Assembly: GCA_965243645.1 (NCBI GenBank) | Contig: CBDEVD010000005.1 | Span: forward strand, 965,132 to 1,029,131 | Direction of reading: 5' to 3' | Length of the DNA stretch: 64,000 nucleotides | Source: Arenicellales bacterium | GTDB taxonomy: Bacteria; Pseudomonadota; Gammaproteobacteria; Arenicellales; JAJDZL01 | Shown: piece after piece, positions 57,459-64,000 of the stretch | How positions within the stretch are numbered: the stretch's first letter is position 1 | How the letters are laid out: the number at the start of each line of letters is the position of its first letter | The notes under the pieces: generated by a model | The model's input: only the letters and a program-made list of their open reading frames with translations | Databases searched by the model: none | What the model was told of the DNA's origin: nothing | Position numbers and translations under genes: made by a program

Positions 57459-58523
57459 TCAAATAAAAGATTGACGTGCTGCGTCTGCCCACCATGGTAC
57501 ATATCGCATGTGCTTTCGACCGATATTTGCCTCGCAAGGTATGATCGCATTTGCTGCAACGGCCTCTTTGATTAAACGAGATGCAATTGCGCTGTTTTTA
57601 TCTTCAATGTTGAATCTCATACGCAGCGATGCATTGGTGAGAAAACTACCGTTCGCAAACTGCAGACAGGCGTGTTGGTAGACGGATCCGATGCGGTCCT
57701 CTCGATTCATATCGGTCAGCGACCTTGGTGAGAGAAGTATGACACGGGTCCAATCGTCTTCGACTTTCGCAAGCGGTGCGGGCATTCCATGTTGTTCTGC
57801 CGAAGCAACCACTGTGTCCCAGCCGCTGCCACTGCCGTTGACCAGCCCCATCAGGCGCATTATTGAAGTCATGGATTCGTTCCTTGAGTTGGGTGGCGCA
57901 TTGATCATGCGTTGCGGTTCAACAAGCGAAGCACCTGAATTGGCGATCTCAATGCGATCCTGAAATATTTCAATCAGAGGCCCCATCCTGGTTTTTGAAA
58001 AATTCTGGTGGACCAGCGCATTAATAATTAATTCGCGCAGCGCACTCTCGGGCCACGCTGTGATTGAAGAGTCCGGCTTTTCTGTTTTGTTATTTGTAGT
58101 GGGCAGCAGGCTCCAAACGGTACTCAGTAATTCCTCAAATCCGTTGGCATAGCCTTTGGCCGCAGTCCAGGTTTGATTAATTTCGATTCGACTGATTCCC
58201 TCATATTGAATGACGCGCGCGGCTTTATCTTTGAGGACAGGAAAGTTTTCGAGGTCTGTGGCGAGTAAGACAGCACCCAGTTGGGTGATATCCCAGTGTC
58301 GAGCGCGACCGGGAACAACCAGTGCATTTGCTTGCAGCACTTCCAAGGTTCTGTCAGCGTCGGGTGGTTGCGGTGAGCCGGTGAGATTGAAGAATTGTGG
58401 GACATCGAGCAGATTGAATAGACTGTCTGGCGTCTGGTCACGCATAACCGCGCTCGATGGAATACTGACTGAGTCGGAACTATGCCAGATACTTCGTTCA
58501 ATCGGTGGGAAATCTTTTAACAC
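57459..58523 (-). CDS. COG2865-type putative transcriptional regulator/ATPase-like protein (HATPase_c_4-like core), apparently lacking the usual N-terminal AlbA_2 domain
   Basis: LRELIINALVHQNF...IEIFQDRIEIANSG is the family hallmark. GTG start with an in-frame stop 3 codons upstream. Flanked by AT-rich non-coding DNA. Confidence 0.6.
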   Translation of the reverse strand: MLKDFPPIERSIWHSSDSVSIPSSAVMRDQTPDSLFNLLDVPQFFNLTGSPQPPDADRTLEVLQANALVVPGRARHWDITQLGAVLLATDLENFPVLKDKAARVIQYEGISRIEINQTWTAAKGYANGFEELLSTVWSLLPTTNNKTEKPDSSITAWPESALRELIINALVHQNFSKTRMGPLIEIFQDRIEIANSGASLVEPQRMINAPPNSRNESMTSIMRLMGLVNGSGSGWDTVVASAEQHGMPAPLAKVEDDWTRVILLSPRSLTDMNREDRIGSVYQHACLQFANGSFLTNASLRMRFNIEDKNSAIASRLIKEAVAANAIIPCEANIGRKHMRYVPWWADAARQSFI

Positions 58524-58766
58524 ATTACCTTAGTGAATTCGCGAATCCAGTGATGACTGCATTATGGATTTGTTTTGACCATAGCACAAGATGGTTTCAT
58601 GAAGTGAATGATCGCTCTACTGAGATATACCTGCAAAGCGCTGTTATTTTCTGTGAATTGACAGCTTGGTTCGCGCCGCTCACCGAGTGTGTATAGCACC
58701 ATTTTCCGCTACCCGGCTGTCCCTATGAACAAATTGTGAGCAGCGTACTGACCTTTTCGAAAGCAA

Positions 58767-59357
58767 TCAAGGCCAGAATTTACGATCCAACAGTCGCCCC
58801 CAATCATCATCATAAGGGTGAACTTTAGAAACCTCCGAATCGCCACGGTAAATCGGACGGTTTTCATTGGCCCATTTAAATAGTGAACCTTCAACATTGA
58901 CGACGTTAGTAAAGCCGCGCCGTCGGAGCTTGTTTGCGATGTGTGATGATCGGTAACCGACTGAACAGTAAAGCACCACGAGGTCATCTCGGGTTTGATT
59001 TTCGAGTGCGTCAAGTGCCTCCCCAACATCTTCGGCTAAAACTGCACCTTTGATGTGGCTGATTTGGTATTCTTCCGGTTCACGCGTATCGAGAAGGGTG
59101 ATATCGGGCTGCTCCTCTAGTATCTTTGCCAGTTCTTCGGTTGAGACGTGCTGAACGTGTGGAAAGTCTTTCCTGACCATAGTGAGCGTTTCGTGCCAGA
59201 GTTCTTGCGCCGAGGGGTCAGCAAAGGCGATTGGCAACTGTAATGCTGTACCACTTGCGAGGGCCGCGAATAGCCAGGTAACAACCAGTTTTTCCAAAGC
59301 AAACCTGCGCGCAATGATCAGCACTTGCGAGTAGTGAGTTTGGATCGTCAAGTACAT
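58767..59357 (-). CDS. rhodanese-domain sulfurtransferase with signal peptide
   Basis: Active-site loop YCSVGYRSS. The signal-like segment is LVVTWLFAALASGTALQLPIAFA-DP. The true start may be the in-frame TTG at 59297. Confidence 0.75.
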   Translation of the reverse strand: MYLTIQTHYSQVLIIARRFALEKLVVTWLFAALASGTALQLPIAFADPSAQELWHETLTMVRKDFPHVQHVSTEELAKILEEQPDITLLDTREPEEYQISHIKGAVLAEDVGEALDALENQTRDDLVVLYCSVGYRSSHIANKLRRRGFTNVVNVEGSLFKWANENRPIYRGDSEVSKVHPYDDDWGRLLDRKFWP

Positions 59358-59387
59358 AGTCCACTGCCTTAGAGATCTAATATTGGA

Positions 59388-60659
59388 TCAGTTTTTCATC
59401 AGCGCATAGACCGTATTCGCAATGATCTCATACACCCGATCAAAGTCTCCTTGAGACATGCAATAAGGTGGCAGCACATAGACGGTGTTTCCGAGTGGCC
59501 GCAGCAGGACTCCACTGCTTTGGAAATTCAGGTAAAGTTGCGTGCCTATCTCAGACAGATAACCTCCATCAGGAACCCGAATGTCCATGGCGACAATCGT
59601 ACCGGCTTGCCGTACATTGGTCAGACAATCAAGATTCGACATCTCAGCGAATTTCTGACTCTGCATGGCTGTCGTTGCCTGTACCTGTTCTATCACTTGG
59701 CCTTCCTGCCACATTTCGAGATTCGTCGCAGCTACCGCGCATGCAATCGGATTTGCCGTGTAAGAACTCGAATGAAAGAAAGTCTTACTTCGGTCGGTTG
59801 AGTAATGTGCATCGAAAATACGCGTGTTGCACATGGTGACGGCAAGGGGTAAGAATCCACCCGTAATTCCCTTTGAGTAACAGGCAATATCCGGCACAAT
59901 TTCAGCTTGTTCACATGCGAAAATGGTGCCGGTCCGACCCCAAGCGGTCATCACTTCATCAGCAATAAACAGCACCTCATACTTTTCACAGATCCGTTTC
60001 ATTTCCCGAAGTATCTGGGGGGAATACATCAACATGCCACCCGCACCCAAGACAAGGGGTTCGACAATCAGTGCAGCAACGTCCGGTCTTTCTCGACATT
60101 TTGATTCGAGTGCATCAAGCGTTACTTGTTCCTCGGACGGGGATGGAAAGGGGATCGAGTCAACAGAGAAAAGCAACGGATTGTAGGGTTTGTTAAAAAC
60201 CCCGCGCTCACCGACGGACATGGTGCCGATGGTATCGCCATGGTAGCTGTGCTCCAAGACGATCACTCGATCGCGCGATACGCCTTGATGATGCCAGTAG
60301 CCAAGTGCCATTTTTAAGCCCACTTCGACCGCGGTAGAGCCGCTGTCCGAAAAAAATACGTAATCAAGTCCGTCAGGGGTGAGGTCAACCAGCGCATTTG
60401 CTACGCGTTGTGCTGGTTCGTGGGTATAGCCTGCAAAAATGACCTGGTCGAGACGCTCAATTTGATCACGGGCAGATTGCTGCAATCGCGGGTGACAGTG
60501 TCCGTGTGTGATGACCCACCAGGACGAGATCGCATCAATGATTTGCTGACCGCTATCGGTATATAGATAAGCACCTTCAGCGCGGGCGATTTCCAGAAAA
60601 TCAGGGAATATGGCATGCTGGGTGAATGGATGCCAAATGGGTGAGACGTGTTTATTCAT
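59388..60659 (-). CDS. bioA: adenosylmethionine-8-amino-7-oxononanoate aminotransferase
   Basis: 423 aa class III aminotransferase with N-terminal IWHPFTQH, FADEVMT and YSKGITGG (PLP lysine) motifs. Confidence 0.9.
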   Translation of the reverse strand: MNKHVSPIWHPFTQHAIFPDFLEIARAEGAYLYTDSGQQIIDAISSWWVITHGHCHPRLQQSARDQIERLDQVIFAGYTHEPAQRVANALVDLTPDGLDYVFFSDSGSTAVEVGLKMALGYWHHQGVSRDRVIVLEHSYHGDTIGTMSVGERGVFNKPYNPLLFSVDSIPFPSPSEEQVTLDALESKCRERPDVAALIVEPLVLGAGGMLMYSPQILREMKRICEKYEVLFIADEVMTAWGRTGTIFACEQAEIVPDIACYSKGITGGFLPLAVTMCNTRIFDAHYSTDRSKTFFHSSSYTANPIACAVAATNLEMWQEGQVIEQVQATTAMQSQKFAEMSNLDCLTNVRQAGTIVAMDIRVPDGGYLSEIGTQLYLNFQSSGVLLRPLGNTVYVLPPYCMSQGDFDRVYEIIANTVYALMKN

Positions 60660-60902
60660 AAGAAACTCAATTTGCCATTTTCCAGACGCGTATTCTCAAG
60701 CTTGTTAATTTTAGGGACAGGCTAACTGAAATCTTAGAGCACAAAGAGTGTATTCCATGGTGAACGATAATACTTAGACTAATGATATTTCAAACGCTGC
60801 GGTATCACTTGAAACCAATCAATTGAGCATGTGCGGCGGTTACTGTCCTCTCCATTAGCATGGAAATAGTGTTGATTCTTTCTTACAGCGCATGCAGGCG
60901 AT

Positions 60903-61235
60903 TCAGCGTCCGGGACTATCACTACTGATATCCTCATAGAAGGTTAATGCCGGCAATTTTCTTCGTTGATGTACGATTCGAATGTCGACCGGCTCATTAT
61001 CGGCAGCAGCCAATCACGAATAGAAAATTACGTGCTGAGCGCAATTCACCGCACGAAGTCCTGACGCAAACAGACTTCAATCACGTCCGCGATCAGGTTC
61101 TGCTGAAATTCTATCGAAAACCTGTACTAAGCCCTCGCAGTATTTCAACCATCGTTCAAGTCGCCACGTTTCAATTGTGTATCTCCGAATTTCATTCAAG
61201 TTCAGCTTCGCGTGCCTGGACAGCCGAATCGTCAT
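60903..61235 (-). pseudogene. parE: ParE-family toxin gene, multiply frameshifted
   Basis: The ATG at 61235 overlaps the parD stop (ATGA). MTIRLSRHAKLNLNEIRRYTIETW... stops after 52 codons. The rest of the ParE sequence (AQHVIFYS, then NEPVDIRIVHQR) lies in other frames. Confidence 0.6.
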
Positions 61236-61490
61236 GAAGTTTTTAGTAGTCCAGTTTTGGCATTCGGTTCGTAAGCCTGAAGATCAAAAATCTCGTACCC
61301 GCCTGCCTCGGCTTCCTGCAAAGCTTCTTCGAGATCCGCATTCAATGCATAGAATGGGCGTGTATTGTCTTTTTCCATAAGCAATCTCATACCGGGCGCG
61401 GACGACTTCGCTAAGATTGGCATAAGACCCGGACTTGATCTGAATCCGAATATCACTTTCCATTCGCTTGGTAAGGTGTACGTTTGGCAT
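61232..61490 (-). pseudogene. parD: ParD-family antitoxin gene with a single +1 frameshift
   Basis: MPNVHLTKRMESDIRIQIKSGSYANLSEVVRA then shifts frame. Deleting one C of the minus-strand CCC run (plus-strand GGG, 61394-61396) restores ...SEVVRAGMRLLMEKD..., which matches the ParD consensus. Confidence 0.65.
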
Positions 61491-61945
61491 TAAATTACCC
61501 AATAATGGCAGATATTGACATTTTATTTCGAATGATCAATCCCTGAATTCTACGAACCCCTATACCGCAGACAGAAGTTACTCGCCGCATAATCACATGA
61601 AACATGAACATGCAGTCGCAAATGAAATGAACGCCGATTCCAGCAAACTGAACATGGATTTCGGTAAAAAATGATCATGACCCATATCGTTGATGACATG
61701 TGCGGGATAGTTGCAGAACATTACCTGTCAGGGCTTCAGCAACTAAGAGTTGTAATTTGGAATTCTCTCGTAAAGGCACGGCTATTCGAGTGCATCAGAC
61801 ATTCAGGCCGTTGTTTGATCAACCAAAATAGCAATCATTCCATTGCAGTGAGCTGGCATCGAAGATTGGCCAGGTTCGACTAGTGACCGGTGCATATTCC
61901 AGACGTACCGACCGATCGGATTCATCAGATTAGTGCAATGATCTC

Positions 61946-63205
61946 CTATTGCTCAGTCGAATAAGCGTTCAGAAACTGCCTTCCCCATAGAAGCCTTTTA
62001 TCCACATCGCTTAGTTCAGCTTCTTCGCAAACTGTATCCCAATTCTGAGTGATGGCAGTAATGAGTTTCTCAAAAATTTTGCGGGCTTCCGTTTCAGAAA
62101 GCAGAAAATTATGGGCTGTGTCAACACAGGATCTCAACCGACTGAGGTTGTTGTTGCCACAGATCAGCATGGCTTGTGAGGCTTCATTGCCCGCGCGGTT
62201 TTGTGGACAGATGTCATAAGCAGGCGTGAGTGTTATATTTTTTCCATCCCAAAATGCAGAATGATTGCGCGCGTGATCGTCAGTATTGCCGCAAAGAATA
62301 TTGAAAACCAATCGAGCAAACACTTCGTCAAGAGTCTTGCGGGGTTCTGTAAAACGATGCCTAATAATTTCAGCAAAGGTTTCGTAACTGGCATACCGCG
62401 CCATCATTTCATCAAGGCCAAGCAATGTCAATACCGAGACCATGGGCTTACGAAGCCAAGAATCGTGTCTGGGAATACGATCGAACCGTTCGATCAGAAG
62501 CACATTTTTACCCGCTACCCTGGTCAGTCGAACCGGCGCAACATTCAGTGCTGCTAACGCTGCCAGCCGCATTGCGATGTATTCAGCTTTGATGACATTG
62601 TAAGTATCAGTGCTAGAGGAAAATTTCGCGATGTACTTCCTGTTTCCATCTTGAATCAGGGCCTTTGGACGTGCACCGCCAATCGCACTACCATGAAACA
62701 ATGCCTGATCCAACTCAGGGGTGAGTAGGACTCCCTTTTCAACCCGTTCAGCCGATTCAATCAGCTCTTCAATGGTTGGATTAATCGTGGTACGCGGCAC
62801 ATACTCGGTCGGCGAACGTTGAAAATCCAGTGCTCCAATCCGGTCTGAACCAGATTCCAGCAAATACGTCAATTCACCCAGTTCATTGGTATCGGTGTTC
62901 GTACCCTTGAGTCCCAATAATTTGTTGATAATCACCCGCCGTCCCCATGCATCAGGTGCGGCATCTCGAATACATCCAGGCATAGTCAAGCCGTCTGTCA
63001 AGGGATGTATTCCAGTTTGGAGGGGCAATTCCGACTCATAAATCGAAATGGCCGGTTTGCTGCTGGCCGTTCGTTCAAGATAGCTTTTACCATAGTTAAA
63101 CCAGATACTGCCATTGTCAGCCTCCAACCGACCGGCTACAACAGGCTCCGTTTCTTCTGGCAACCATATCCAGACAAATGCTTCTTTGTCATGACTAGAA
63201 GTCAT
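61946..63205 (-). CDS. hipA: type II toxin HipA-family serine/threonine kinase
   Basis: About 419 aa from ATG 63205 with HipA N-terminal and kinase regions (GGARPK, NTDDHARNHS). Overlaps hipB by 11 nt. Confidence 0.85.
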   Translation of the reverse strand: MTSSHDKEAFVWIWLPEETEPVVAGRLEADNGSIWFNYGKSYLERTASSKPAISIYESELPLQTGIHPLTDGLTMPGCIRDAAPDAWGRRVIINKLLGLKGTNTDTNELGELTYLLESGSDRIGALDFQRSPTEYVPRTTINPTIEELIESAERVEKGVLLTPELDQALFHGSAIGGARPKALIQDGNRKYIAKFSSSTDTYNVIKAEYIAMRLAALAALNVAPVRLTRVAGKNVLLIERFDRIPRHDSWLRKPMVSVLTLLGLDEMMARYASYETFAEIIRHRFTEPRKTLDEVFARLVFNILCGNTDDHARNHSAFWDGKNITLTPAYDICPQNRAGNEASQAMLICGNNNLSRLRSCVDTAHNFLLSETEARKIFEKLITAITQNWDTVCEEAELSDVDKRLLWGRQFLNAYSTEQ

Positions 63206-63533
63206 CGCGCACCGTCTTGTTCTTGTGGCGAACAGATTTTGGCAACAGTTCCAACTCAGCTTCCGCACGGTGCAGATGTTTTGTCAATGTGTTCTGATCG
63301 GCATCATAAAGCTTTACACCAACGATGGTCGCAACTTCAAACACGACGCCGATTTCACATTTGAGATTGCCATTTTCGATGCGCTGTAGCAGACCTCTGG
63401 AAATTCCGGCGCGCTGCGCTAAATCCTGCGCAGTAAGTCTACGTTTTTTGCGCGCCGTACGAATCAATTCACCAAGAAGGGTGCATGCAGTTTGGCTGTA
63501 TCTTGAATAGCTGCGTGTAATGGATTTAGGCAT
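63195..63533 (-). CDS. hipB: HipB-like XRE-family HTH antitoxin
   Basis: 112 aa with an HTH (LTAQDLAQRAGISRGLLQRIENG), directly upstream of hipA. Confidence 0.8.
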   Translation of the reverse strand: MPKSITRSYSRYSQTACTLLGELIRTARKKRRLTAQDLAQRAGISRGLLQRIENGNLKCEIGVVFEVATIVGVKLYDADQNTLTKHLHRAEAELELLPKSVRHKNKTVRDDF

Positions 63534-63545
63534 CTTCTAAAAATG

Positions 63546-63590
63546 ATTTATATATAGAACATATTGTGCCATTATGATCTATATATAAAT
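63546..63590. promoter_or_regulatory. perfect 13-bp inverted repeat upstream of hipB; candidate HipB operator
   Basis: ATTTATATATAGA (63546-63558) and TCTATATATAAAT (63578-63590) are exact reverse complements, 13 bp upstream of the hipB start codon. Confidence 0.5.
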
Positions 63591-63795
63591 ATTATTACGA
63601 TTTGTTACCGCGGTATGGAGATATCGGAGCGCGTTGGGATATTACCTGATGTTTGATATTGTTGGCAAAGATCTCCGGCAATCGCTCCGACCTGGGGAGA
63701 ATCTAATTTTGTACCAACACTACCGGCAATTTAGGCAGCCTCAGTTCGCCGTCTCAGGGTGAGGTCAGGGATAGACCCCAATCGTTATGTAATGA

Positions 63796-64000
63796 CTAAT
63801 GAAAATCCTCAACTCGAAAGTTCTGTCGAAAGACTTTTGCTAGCTCTTCTTTGCTAAGTGAGCCAAGCATGGGCACGCGCCCCAGATTGACTGCCTCTCC
63901 CCGTTCAGGAATGATGGACTCGTTTTCTTCGTGAGGTTCCCCAACAAAGATCACACCGTGAATCGGTACCGACCAATGTCGCAGCGCATCCAGGGTCAAG
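63796..64000 (-). CDS. bioD: dethiobiotin synthase, C-terminal part (gene runs off the window)
   Basis: LTLDALRHWSVPIHGVIFVGEPHEENESII...LGRVPML resembles BioD C-termini, and bioA/bioB are nearby. Only 67 aa are visible. Confidence 0.5.
   Translation of the reverse strand, partial: LTLDALRHWSVPIHGVIFVGEPHEENESIIPERGEAVNLGRVPMLGSLSKEELAKVFRQNFRVEDFH

Noticed and set aside
60947-61237. 96-aa plus-strand ORF between bioA and parD
   Set aside because: It is the antisense shadow of the frameshifted ParE remnant, which is recognisable on the minus strand. It has no motifs of its own.

Overview
This 64-kb window looks like a bacterial chromosomal segment. The trxA-rho-rpmE-prmB and priA-argS-SPOR synteny suggests a gammaproteobacterium, and the osmolyte-catabolism content suggests a marine one; both are inferences. 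I found no rRNA, tRNA, CRISPR array, transposase or integrase. Contents in order: (1) 1-4.5 kb: an amino-acid ABC permease pair, an N,N-dimethylformamidase-like large protein and an Ldh_2-family dehydrogenase. (2) 4.5-7.6 kb: a small accessory islet with an Rpn (YhgA-like) PD-(D/E)XK nuclease, a tandemly duplicated stand-alone copy of its own C-terminal domain, and a DUF4143-type AAA ATPase. (3) 7.7-17.8 kb: a long minus-strand operon for ectoine/hydroxyectoine catabolism (eutA-[PhyH dioxygenase]-eutB-eutC-doeA-doeB) led by a PotABCD-type ABC importer. A GntR regulator and a dimethylglycine-dehydrogenase-like enzyme lie divergently from it. (4) 21-27 kb: malonyl-CoA decarboxylase, MFS, cupin, coaX, AEC transporter and NUDIX. 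(5) 27.5-32.5 kb: a carnitine/quaternary-amine catabolic cluster with a GlxA/CdhR-like regulator, a Rieske oxygenase, an L-carnitine-dehydrogenase-like enzyme, an SDR and a BKACE enzyme. (6) 32.6-36.3 kb: a cluster of decayed accessory genes: a multiply frameshifted Fic gene, an intact vapBC, a second decayed vapBC and a truncated MBL-fold gene. (7) 36.7-48.7 kb: core genes, namely priA, argS, a SPOR protein, a class III PHA synthase cluster (phaEC, phaB, phaR), rubredoxin, prmB, rpmE, rho and trxA. (8) 49.2-51.0 kb: an isolated 601-aa fusion of a class I SAM methyltransferase, an unknown domain and an HNH nuclease. (9) 51-64 kb: a SIS protein, an orphan molybdopterin (XDH-family) large subunit, an EamA transporter, and a fragmented biotin locus. 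That locus holds bioB translationally coupled to a diiron-carboxylate-like protein, then bioA and bioD, interrupted by an AT-rich islet, an eroded parDE and an intact hipBA. The best candidates for undescribed biology are the Rpn nuclease with its separately encoded C-terminal domain, the methyltransferase-HNH fusion, the bioB-coupled diiron protein, and the PhyH dioxygenase embedded in the ectoine operon. All functional calls rest on my reading of the translated ORFs (motifs and family resemblance recalled from memory). No database search was run.
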